The notes below the pieces were generated by a model. The model searched no databases and was not told where the DNA came from. It saw nothing but the letters and a program-made list of their open reading frames with translations. From Synechococcus sp. (lineage in GTDB: Bacteria; Cyanobacteriota; Cyanobacteriia; PCC-6307; Cyanobiaceae): 64,000 bases of DNA. Within the stretch, counting starts at the first letter, position 1, and every line of letters begins with the position of its first letter. The stretch spans positions 1,688,203-1,752,202 of the forward strand of contig JBJBEO010000001.1 in NCBI GenBank assembly GCA_047284725.1, given 5' to 3'. A program made the position numbers and the translations under genes. Below, in pieces: positions 31,650 through 39,577 of the stretch.

Positions 31650-32460
31650 AGTAAGCATTCGGCCATCAACTGCGCAGTGAGCGAAGGCCATCGAGCGACG
31701 ATTCAGTGCAGCAGCGAAGGGCCATCTGCCTGCTCCCTTGCGATGCAAACAGATGCGAAAGTCCTCATCGGTGGGGAGCACCATTCCGTGCACCGATCAG
31801 CCATTCAGAGAACCAATTGAGAGACCTCACTCAGAGCAGACGTTCAGAACACACCAGCGTTCACCAGCAGGTGACTTTTTCACCCTCGTGCAGAAACGAT
31901 TGCATGAACTGTGTGAACACTGAGAGCTGTTGGTGAACTCACTGACGACCGCCAACCCTGCCGAGGATGCGTCGCCTTCGCCGATCAGCTTCAGGCACAT
32001 TGACTTCAGTCTCAGCCACCTGCCCCGAAGGCTGCAATGCGCGATTGAACTGATTGCCCTGATCCGCGAACGCAGCAACACTGATGGCAACGAGATCGGA
32101 GGCGCCGATGACGGCCGACACTCCACCCGAGCCCACACAAGAAGCACGCTGACTTTCTGGCCCCTGCTCCAACAGTTTTCACGCATTCGAGAGGGATTTG
32201 CCCATCGGCAGGCACTGCATTCGGCTTCGCCACGTCGATCGGCCCTCCATCCGCACCGCCCGAGGTGCCCTAAGGAGTCACGTCACCCTCCCACCTAGGA
32301 ACCTGGCCCCAGGCGCCAGAGCCAGTCGCTTCGATCCCTTCTCTTTTCAGTCCCTTTGCTTGAGGTTGCACAACCCAACGGCAACACTGAAAGTCGATCG
32401 ATCGTGATGAACAAACGAGCGAGATAGGCCGCCTTGTCCATCGGGGGAAGACGGCCTCAC
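31650..32460 (-). ncRNA. candidate large structured non-coding RNA (element A); ends approximate
   Basis: No credible ORF; many G.U-containing stems on the minus strand; homologous copy at 42245-42690. Confidence 0.6.
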
Positions 32461-32483
32461 CACATCAGCCCAACGCTGATGGC

Positions 32484-32522
32484 AACCCCCGCAGGTTTCC
32501 ACCAACGAAGCCTGCGGGGGTT
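32484..32522. terminator. terminator-like hairpin after the Nif11-like gene
   Basis: aacccccgcagg...cctgcgggggtt 12-bp stem. Confidence 0.65.
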
Positions 32523-32548
32523 TGCTTGTGGCAGCCCTTGGAGGAGCG

Positions 32549-32764
32549 TCAGTTGTATTCGCCGGGTGTTTCCTGCTTTGACACGGTGACCCGGCCCACC
32601 TTCTGCCCCGAGAAGCGCAGCAATTCATCGCCGGAGAACTCATAGCCCAGGCCTGCAGCGATCTTGGCGACATCGTCGGCGGTGGACGCCGCCAACACGG
32701 TCTGCTTGATCGACGCATCGTCTTGCATGCGCACGAGGAAGGCCTTCAACTGATCCAGAGCCAT
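32549..32764 (-). CDS. Nif11-like leader peptide family protein 1
   Basis: DQLKAFL..MQDD..IKQ.V.AA.TADDVAKIAA.LGYEFSGDEL. Confidence 0.88.
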   Translation of the reverse strand: MALDQLKAFLVRMQDDASIKQTVLAASTADDVAKIAAGLGYEFSGDELLRFSGQKVGRVTVSKQETPGEYN

Positions 32765-32859
32765 CAAAGGGAATGCAGCGTTCGCTAAGGCAGCGGACCA
32801 CCATCATCGAGCCAAACGGATTTTGATCGAAGCCGGCCGCAAAGCGCAGGCCAAAGCAT

Positions 32860-33420
32860 GGAACGGGCGATGAGAGCCCTCAACAATCAGGGTTCCCATG
32901 GGTTGGGCGTGGGCAAGATCGAGCTTCATGGTGCGTTGGCAGAGCAGGCTTCAATCACCTGCAACTTCCATCAGTTTCCTCCTGTCATCCCCCCGCTGAC
33001 GACTCCCCATCCGGGGACACTTTGCTCAGACCGCCTTAGCGTGATCAGTAAGGATGAGCTCAATCACACCACATCAAGCGAGGAGCCGCTGAAACACTTC
33101 CAAACAGTGAAATGCCTTCTCAAACCAGGGGGTGACCAGCGGCCATGAACAGTGGCCCTCCCGATCAGGAGAATGCCGCCGAAGCTGCGCGGCCATACAA
33201 CCACTTCAACGCTTCGATCGGCCCGAGGTGAAGAGATCGGCATTTCGGTATCGCTTCCTGCTCGATGGTGGAGCGGAAATGACGATCACCATTGTTTCTT
33301 CAGTCAAGAGGTCATGCAGGAGCGAATGAAAGCCGCAGGCACCTGCAACTTGAACGGGATCATGCCCAGTTTCAGCGCTGCGGGGTCGAGCAGTTCTGTG
33401 CGCAGTACTGACGAGTGATC
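32860..33420 (-). ncRNA. candidate structured non-coding element C; ends approximate
   Basis: No credible ORF; nested stems and a C-UUCG-G tetraloop on the minus strand. Confidence 0.4.
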
Positions 33421-33503
33421 GATGGAGTGATCGATGCCCAGCCACCCTTTGCCCTGATCTCAGCGCAGTGCTGACAGAGTGCTGCCACAACCTCTTCAAC
33501 ACC

Positions 33504-33848
33504 ATGAACCAACCCAGCCGTGACCAGGTGCTCGCCGTTTCAGCCGGCTGGGTAGCCGTGATTCTGAATGTGCTGCCAGGACTAGGAGCCGGCTATCTGT
33601 ATCAACGCCGCTGGACCGCCTATTGGGTGACCTCGGCGTTGGCGACAGCCTGGTTTGTCGCTGGCGCCGCCCTGGGGGGCGGATTGGAAGGAGGCAGTGC
33701 AAACCCAACACCGCAGAACCAACTCATTGGCCTGATTGGTCTTGTTTTGCTCAGCACCATCACGGCGACAGACGCCGGCCTCGCAGTGAAACGGGTACGG
33801 GCTCGCCTGACAACGGAGGTCACGACAGCATCGACTCCACTTCAGTAA
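33504..33848 (+). CDS. membrane protein
   Basis: LNVLPGLGAGYLYQRRW; three TM helices. Confidence 0.75.
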   Translation: MNQPSRDQVLAVSAGWVAVILNVLPGLGAGYLYQRRWTAYWVTSALATAWFVAGAALGGGLEGGSANPTPQNQLIGLIGLVLLSTITATDAGLAVKRVRARLTTEVTTASTPLQ

Positions 33849-34069
33849 TAACGACCGGGATATTCACCAGGGTGGTCGATACGGGTGACACGCACACCTC
33901 CAACGGAACGGCCAGACAACATGAGCAGATCACTCCCGGACACGGCGTACCCGAGGTCCTGGGCCAGAAGAGCCACCTGATCGGCCGTCATGGCTGCCTG
34001 CACCTTCGCCTGCAACAAGGGATCGCGGCTGAGATGGTCAAGAAAGCGTTGCAATGGTGTCGCCTCCAT
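33842..34069 (-). CDS. Nif11-like leader peptide family protein 2
   Basis: LQRFL..LSRDP.LQAKV.AA.TADQVALLAQDLGYAVSGSDL. Confidence 0.85.
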   Translation of the reverse strand: MEATPLQRFLDHLSRDPLLQAKVQAAMTADQVALLAQDLGYAVSGSDLLMLSGRSVGGVRVTRIDHPGEYPGRYY

Positions 34070-34114
34070 CCGCTCTCCAAAACTGATCGTTGATTCAACC
34101 TCATCCCCCATCCT

Positions 34115-34310
34115 TTGCACGGCAGAGAGCAACCTGACCGAAACGGTCTTGGCCCTGGTTCACACCTCGTTGGGAGGTGGACCTCTGCGGTCACTTCACC
34201 ACGACCGAATCACAGGACCTCGATCAGCTGGTCCCACCGAGGCCTTCTCGAATCCCCCACCGGACCTCATCGCCTCCTCAAGAGACCAACCGCTCCGCTG
34301 TGATCTGAGC
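34115..34310 (-). ncRNA. candidate structured leader/ncRNA element D
   Basis: Nested stems atcacag/ctgtgat, cggttggtctc/gggaccagctg, and gcagag/ctctgc enclosing two hairpins. Confidence 0.45.
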
Positions 34311-34444
34311 ATGAACCCGATGGCCATCTGCGCCAGCGAGGGCAGCAACGACCTCAAGTCAAGTCCAGGGGTTTCTTGACAGAGTTCATCAAGAATAAAG
34401 CACCCGGAACTTGACACTTAACCCCTGCTCAGATCAACACTGAA

Positions 34445-34570
34445 TCAGTGAAAAACTGCCAAGAAAGGAAAAGCGGTGACAACCACTGTGAGAACAATGA
34501 ACGACCAGATCAACATCAAACCGATACTGCGCTGATCAATCTCGTGGAGAGAAGGCGTACGCGTGGCCAT
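34445..34570 (-). CDS. small single-TM protein (41 aa)
   Basis: MATRTPSLHEIDQRSIGLMLIWSFIVLTVVVTAFPFLAVFH. Confidence 0.5.
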   Translation of the reverse strand: MATRTPSLHEIDQRSIGLMLIWSFIVLTVVVTAFPFLAVFH

Positions 34571-35008
34571 CGAAAAACTGCAACTACCCAAAGCCATAGC
34601 CACGATGAGCCGATCCCCACATCAGCAGATCCACTCACCCTCTTCACCCCCAAGCAGGGTGAAGCATGCTGTTCGGAATCAGAACGACTGCTCATAACAA
34701 TTTCGTCTTCAGAGCTTCGCCCAACCGAGCACCAGCTTCGACATCACCAGAAAGGCTTCATCACAGAAAGTATCGATAGTGATTGTCAGATCATGCTCCA
34801 CAGCCTGAGCAGCACCAGCAGGTAAAAACGCTTCACAAGCAATGCGCAACAACGGCAGCGCACGCAACCATCAAACAGCTGGTATGACCAGGCACGTTCC
34901 AGCGAACAGGACGCACTAAGTATCAACACCTAGACATGCCGCCATATGACTGATGAAGAAAATCCCGACATCAGGGGCATTCCCCCAACCGGTTCGCTTG
35001 AATATTTC

Positions 35009-35024
35009 TGTAGCAACAACTACA
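35009..35024. promoter_or_regulatory. NtcA binding site
   Basis: TGTA-GCAACAAC-TACA = GTA-N8-TAC, upstream of a DUF4278-type gene. Confidence 0.8.
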
Positions 35025-35090
35025 CATTGCCCACCCTTCTCCACTGTTGGAGCCCAGTTCACCTCAGGCCATGAAACGAAGGCCTGAACT
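35025..35090 (+). ncRNA. glutamine riboswitch (Downstream-peptide/class II-like), divergent
   Basis: ctcca/tggag hairpin, CAGTTC..TCAGGCCATGAAACGAAGGCCTGA core, typical NtcA + DUF4278 context. Confidence 0.6.
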
Positions 35091-35106
35091 ATCGATGGAA
35101 CGACCT

Positions 35107-35541
35107 ATGACCACTCTTCTCTATCGAGGTAAAACGTACGAAACTCATCACGAGCCTGCCCCGAGGGCTTGCCGTGAGTTGAACTACCACCAGCAGCACT
35201 ACAACACTTGCCGCGAACAGATCGCCAAGCGTGATCTCCACCCGCATCTGAACTATCGCGGGATTGCCTACACCAAAAACGCACAGACCATAGAAAGTGC
35301 GAATGCGGAAGCGCGGATGCGCAACGATCGCCAGGCCTATCTGACCATCGCCCGCGACCTCGCTGAGGCCCAGTTTCAACGGGGCGATGCGGAACTCTCA
35401 GACCGCCTCTGGGAGGAAGCAGGAGATCGCGACATGGATATTGAGCGCATCACACATCTTCTCTACGGATGCTGGTTCCAGGACGACGCTGAAGCCATGC
35501 GGGAAGCCGACGAGAATTACCTGGCTGCCCATCACTCCTAA
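35107..35541 (+). CDS. DUF4278-type protein fused to an extra C-terminal domain
   Basis: MTTLLYRGKTY...LNYRGIAY repeats followed by the RNDRQAY domain. Confidence 0.75.
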   Translation: MTTLLYRGKTYETHHEPAPRACRELNYHQQHYNTCREQIAKRDLHPHLNYRGIAYTKNAQTIESANAEARMRNDRQAYLTIARDLAEAQFQRGDAELSDRLWEEAGDRDMDIERITHLLYGCWFQDDAEAMREADENYLAAHHS

Positions 35542-35618
35542 ACACCCCCAAGCAGCACATCACCAACTCCGCTCCAAGCAACAGCGCTGCAGCGGAGTTG
35601 GTGAACCCTCAAAGCACT

Positions 35619-35819
35619 TCATCCACGCCAGGTGGGAACGCCATCCGAGAACAAAGCACCACGTTGAGTCCATAACTGCGATGGCTCGATCTTGAGCCCA
35701 TGCTCTGCGCAGAAACGAGATGCCTCCATCGTTGTCATCTTGGTGTGAAGCCCCTGAGCGAACACAGGATCCTTCTTGATGCGCGCCTTCAAGAGCCCGA
35801 TTGGTGTTGAAACAGTCAT
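35619..35819 (-). CDS. divergent Nif11-like protein
   Basis: LKARIKKDPVFAQGL...EASRFCAEHGLKIEPSQLW. Confidence 0.55.
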   Translation of the reverse strand: MTVSTPIGLLKARIKKDPVFAQGLHTKMTTMEASRFCAEHGLKIEPSQLWTQRGALFSDGVPTWRG

Positions 35820-35858
35820 GACGCACCTCGAGAAACGAAAAAGTACGAGAGCAGTGAT

Positions 35859-36068
35859 TCAGTTGTGCAACGGATGAGCAGTTAGCCAACACAATGGCAA
35901 CGTCTCACCAGAAGGAAAAAGCAACTCACCTTTGGCAAAGACTTCTGGATCCTGGAGCTCTTCCCCAGCATGAAGACGACCTTCGAGGGAGACCTCGAAG
36001 GGATTGATCAACTGATCCATGGCGAGAACCTCCACCAGAGATCCATCACTCTTTGTTTTTAAAAACAT
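35859..36068 (-). CDS. small conserved cyanobacterial protein
   Basis: LVEVL...LINPF....GRLHAGEELQDPE.F.K..L.FPSGE.LP.CW. Confidence 0.8.
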   Translation of the reverse strand: MFLKTKSDGSLVEVLAMDQLINPFEVSLEGRLHAGEELQDPEVFAKGELLFPSGETLPLCWLTAHPLHN

Positions 36069-36129
36069 GGCAGCCCACCTCTCGTTTTCAGCCTTAACAA
36101 CAAGCTAGGAGGATGCGATAGCAGCGTCA

Positions 36130-36363
36130 TTAGGTACGAATCCCCTTCTCTACGCAAACCAGCAGATGCCCATGGGAGAGGCGTCGTGCTCCCTCCGCGA
36201 TCAACGCTCCCCTCGGCGGGGCGCGGGCCGGCTGCGCAGGAGACAGGATCAGCCCATCGCTCCACGACCCTGCAAACACGAGCGGGGCAACCATCCACCA
36301 CCAAGCCGGCAACAACAAAAACCAGAGACCGTGATCGCAAAACTGCCCTGGACCCGCCATCAT
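36130..36363 (-). CDS. hypothetical Trp-rich protein
   Basis: ORF divergent from 36389. Confidence 0.35.
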   Translation of the reverse strand: MMAGPGQFCDHGLWFLLLPAWWWMVAPLVFAGSWSDGLILSPAQPARAPPRGALIAEGARRLSHGHLLVCVEKGIRT

Positions 36364-36381
36364 GTAACGAATTCGTTACAT
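36362..36381. promoter_or_regulatory. perfect 20-bp palindrome, putative operator
   Basis: ATGTAACGAATTCGTTACAT, 7 nt before the ATG at 36389. Confidence 0.55.
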
Positions 36382-36388
36382 CATTCTC

Positions 36389-36646
36389 ATGACTGTGGGT
36401 GAGGTCTTCCTGGAATCACTCTCTTCAGGAGTGATCACGGAAAGCGAGATGGGTTGGCTCACCGCCAACCAGGCCGGCTTCAGCCGCACGGAAGAAGCCA
36501 CGGCACTACGCCTCGGCCGCCTGATCGACGAAGGCAGCATCAACATCGGCTGCCGCATGCCTCGATCCACGTCCAGGCGCCATCAATTGGCCGATGAATG
36601 GCTGGAAACCCTGGGCCGTCGCCGTCGCCACGCGAATCGCAGATAG
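36389..36646 (+). CDS. conserved hypothetical protein
   Basis: MTVGEVFLESLSSGVIT..E..W......FSR.EEA.ALRLGRLIDEG.INIGCR. Confidence 0.8.
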   Translation: MTVGEVFLESLSSGVITESEMGWLTANQAGFSRTEEATALRLGRLIDEGSINIGCRMPRSTSRRHQLADEWLETLGRRRRHANRR

Positions 36647-36671
36647 GGCCTAAACGCAGATAGGGCCTAAA
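36638..36671 (+). repeat. 17-bp tandem duplication
   Basis: cgcagatagggcctaaa x2. Confidence 0.9.
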
Positions 36672-36763
36672 CAATGATCAGAACCCCCTGACCCCAAAGG
36701 TTTTCAGGGAATGCGGTCGCCCTGATCTCCTCTGGCTACGGTTCCGGCATCCGCCCCTGTGCG

Positions 36764-37129
36764 ATGGCTGCGATCCGTCTGCTGGAGCTGCTGATCCTGC
36801 TGGCGATGCTGAGCGGCTTCCTCGGGTTGCTGCTGCATCGCAACCTGTTTCTGAAGGTGCTCTCCATGGATGTACTGGGCAGTGCCGTGGTGGCGCTGTT
36901 CGTTCTGGTGGCTGCTCGCACCGGACTACGCAGTCCGATCCTGTCGACCCCTGACGCCGGCACCGCCTTGTCGGCGATCTTTCTCAACAGCACCGCCGAT
37001 GCCATCCCGCAGGCGGTGATTCTCACCGCGATCGTGATCGGCCTCTCGATTCAGGCCCTGCTGCTGGTGGTGATCAGCCGCCTGGCCCGCTTCGACCCCG
37101 TGCTGGACGTGCGCAGTTTCGAGCAATGA
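36764..37129 (+). CDS. mrpC: Mrp Na+/H+ antiporter subunit C
   Basis: RNLFLKVLSMD, DAIPQAVILTAIVIG. Confidence 0.9.
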   Translation: MAAIRLLELLILLAMLSGFLGLLLHRNLFLKVLSMDVLGSAVVALFVLVAARTGLRSPILSTPDAGTALSAIFLNSTADAIPQAVILTAIVIGLSIQALLLVVISRLARFDPVLDVRSFEQ

Positions 37130-38610
37130 ACGCCCTGCTCACTCCAGCGGTGCTGATCAGCTGGTTGCTGGCGCCCTATCTGGTGGCCTTTCTCGGTGCC
37201 CTGCTGCCGGCCCTTGGGGAAGTCCCCTTCCTGCTGTGTTGCCTGGCCACTGGCCTGATCGGGGCCCATGGCCTGATCGATGGCGACGTGCGCACCCTGA
37301 TGCTGCTGGGGGACCACGGAGTGATGTTGCAGTTCGACCCGATCGCCGCCTGGTTCCTGCTTCTGAACGCCCTGGTGATGATGGCGGTACGCCTCGACCA
37401 GTGGCGCGATCCAGGACGCTGTTCTCCCCTGCTGCCGGCGGTGCTGCTGGGGGGGCTCAACACCTGCTTCGTGGTGAGCGATCTGATCAGCCTGTACGTG
37501 GCCCTCGAGGTGGTGGGCATTGCGGCGTTTCTCCTGATCCAGCGGGATGGCTCGCAACGGATGCTGTGGATCGGTCTGCGCTACCTGCTGATCAGCAACA
37601 CAGCGATGACGCTTTATCTCGTGGGTGCGGGTCTGGCCTATGCCGTGACCGGCAGCTTCCGCTTCAGCTCCCTGACGGCCTTGCCTCTGGGCGCGGCGGA
37701 AGTGCTGCTGCTGCTGGGGCTGATCACCAAAGCAGGCCTGTTCCTGCCCGGACTGTGGCTCCCCCGCAGCCACGCGGAGGCGCCGTCGGACGTCTCAGCA
37801 CTGCTGTCAGGGGTGGTGGTCACCGGTGGGGCTGCCCCCCTTCTGCATCTGGCTGCAGTGGACGCCTCCCTGCTGCCGCTGCTGCGCATGGTCGGACTCG
37901 GCAGCACGGTGTTCGGAATCGGGCAGGCCCTGGCGGCCGCAGATCTGAAACGGCTTCTGGCCTGGAGCACGGTGTCGCAGATGGGGCTGGTGGTGCTGTC
38001 GCCCATGACGGGCGGCGCGGTGGCCCTGGCCCATGGGCTCGCCAAGGCACCGCTGTTCCTGATGGCAGGCCGCATCCAGCAACGCCAACTGCGGGGCTGG
38101 CAGGACCGGAGTCTGCCCTTGAGCCTGCAACTGCCGCTCTGGATCGGCTCGCTGTCGATCGCCGGTGCTCCTCTGCTGGCGGGCTTCAGCGCCAAGAAAG
38201 AACTCGATGCCACCCTGCCGGCGTTCTGGGCCGCAGCCGCCATGCTCTCCGGCATCGGCAGCGTGGCGCTCTTCGCCCGGATCTGGGGGGCGCCAGTGCA
38301 GACCGGCGACAGCAACCATCGTTCACAGCTGGGCAACGGCCTGCCGCTGGGCAGCAGCCTGTTGCTGGTGGTGGTCGTGGGTGGTGGCCTGCTGGGCGCG
38401 GCCAGAGGCCTGCTCACACCGCTCGACCTGCTGACGACGGCCCTGCTGTTCGCCGCGGGGCTCGGCCTCCACCTGCTGCTGCAACGACCGCGACAGACGA
38501 TCGCCGAACGGATCCCCCAGCTGGAATCCCTGCAGGATCTGATCGGCAACATCGCCGTGGTGGGAGCGGCCCTGCTGCTGGCGGTGAACCTGATGGAGGC
38601 CCGGGGATGA
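37126..38610 (+). CDS. mrpD: Mrp antiporter subunit D (NuoL/M/N-like)
   Basis: DLISLYVALEV, KAGLF..GLWLP..HAEAP..VSALLSG, KRLLAWSTVSQMG, AHGLAKA. Confidence 0.9.
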   Translation: MNALLTPAVLISWLLAPYLVAFLGALLPALGEVPFLLCCLATGLIGAHGLIDGDVRTLMLLGDHGVMLQFDPIAAWFLLLNALVMMAVRLDQWRDPGRCSPLLPAVLLGGLNTCFVVSDLISLYVALEVVGIAAFLLIQRDGSQRMLWIGLRYLLISNTAMTLYLVGAGLAYAVTGSFRFSSLTALPLGAAEVLLLLGLITKAGLFLPGLWLPRSHAEAPSDVSALLSGVVVTGGAAPLLHLAAVDASLLPLLRMVGLGSTVFGIGQALAAADLKRLLAWSTVSQMGLVVLSPMTGGAVALAHGLAKAPLFLMAGRIQQRQLRGWQDRSLPLSLQLPLWIGSLSIAGAPLLAGFSAKKELDATLPAFWAAAAMLSGIGSVALFARIWGAPVQTGDSNHRSQLGNGLPLGSSLLLVVVVGGGLLGAARGLLTPLDLLTTALLFAAGLGLHLLLQRPRQTIAERIPQLESLQDLIGNIAVVGAALLLAVNLMEARG

Positions 38611-39041
38611 CGCTCCTGCTCAGCACCAGCTTCCGACTTCTGCTCTGGGTGTTCCTCACCGGGGATCTGCGGCTGCTCAACCTGGTGATCGGACTCGGCG
38701 TGGCCCTGCTGCTGCCCCGTGACACCCACGTCCGAGAACCGCTGATGCCGTTTCTGCGGGCTCTGGGGAGCAGCCTGGTCGCCATTCCCACTGCCTATGG
38801 CGAGGCCCTGGCGCTGATCGTCGCCAATGGCCGGGAACAGGTCGACTGCACCCAGAAACAGATCAGCGCCCACGCCAGCTCCCGGGTGGTGTTTCTGGAG
38901 CTGCTGGCGATCACGATCACCCCATTCACGCTGGTGCTGGATCTGCATCGCATCCACCCCGCCCAGCCCGACAGTCCGATGAGCTTCCGCATTCATCGTC
39001 TGCAGCCCAAGGCCAGACCGCAGATGGGGAGGGAGGACTGA
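38607..39041 (+). CDS. mrpE: Mrp antiporter subunit E
   Basis: LLWVFLTGD....NLVIG, ITITPFT; ATGA-coupled. Confidence 0.8.
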   Translation: MTLLLSTSFRLLLWVFLTGDLRLLNLVIGLGVALLLPRDTHVREPLMPFLRALGSSLVAIPTAYGEALALIVANGREQVDCTQKQISAHASSRVVFLELLAITITPFTLVLDLHRIHPAQPDSPMSFRIHRLQPKARPQMGRED

Positions 39042-39289
39042 TGACCTTGATCAGCTGGGGGATGGTGCTGGCGCTGATGCTTCCCATCGCGTTGCTCTGC
39101 CGGCAATGCAGCACCTGGGAGCGGCTGGCCGCGTTTGGCAGCATCAGCACCAAAGTGGCGCTGCTGGCGTTGATGGTCGCGGTGATGCGCGGGGATCGGA
39201 TGCTGGCCCTGGTGGGCACGCTGATGATCAGCGCCGGGGATGCGGGAATGCTGCTGCTGGCACGGCTGCTGGAGGAGCACGAACGATGA
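39041..39289 (+). CDS. mrpF: Mrp antiporter subunit F
   Basis: WERLAAFGSISTK, three TM helices, operon position. Confidence 0.7.
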   Translation: MTLISWGMVLALMLPIALLCRQCSTWERLAAFGSISTKVALLALMVAVMRGDRMLALVGTLMISAGDAGMLLLARLLEEHER

Positions 39290-39573
39290 CGACCGCTGGC
39301 AACGAAGGGCTGAGCTTGATGCTGCTGGGCAGCGGACTGCTGCTCTGGTTCTGGGGCAGCTGGCCCCTGCTGGAACGGCAGTCGTTGCTGGTGAGGCTGC
39401 ACAAACTCACCGTGGCCGACTCCCTCGGCTCCCTGCTGATGATGGTCGGGCTGCTGATGCGCCGCCCCGACTGGTGGCCCCTGCTCAGCCTGGCGATCCT
39501 GGGGCTGCTGCTGTGGAGCACGATCTTCGGCTACGTGGTGGCGGCAGGGGTTCACCGCCGTCCGGGAGCCTGA
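39286..39573 (+). CDS. mrpG: Mrp antiporter subunit G
   Basis: RLHKLTVADSLG. Confidence 0.8.
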   Translation: MTTAGNEGLSLMLLGSGLLLWFWGSWPLLERQSLLVRLHKLTVADSLGSLLMMVGLLMRRPDWWPLLSLAILGLLLWSTIFGYVVAAGVHRRPGA

Positions 39574-39577
39574 GGCG

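Noticed and set aside
31827..32298. ORFs overlapping elements A and B (e.g. LEQGPEVSLLL..VECR.SSAPPIS peptides)
   Set aside because: Peptide similarity switches frames between the two copies because of 1-nt indels, so conservation is at nucleotide level
32549..35819. Prochlorosin/lanthipeptide cluster
   Set aside because: No Cys-containing cores after a double-Gly site and no LanM or peptidase transporter in the window
36638..36671. Tandem repeats here and at 56544-56571 as CRISPR or mobile-element ends
   Set aside because: Only two adjacent units, no spacers, no cas or transposase; simple slippage duplications
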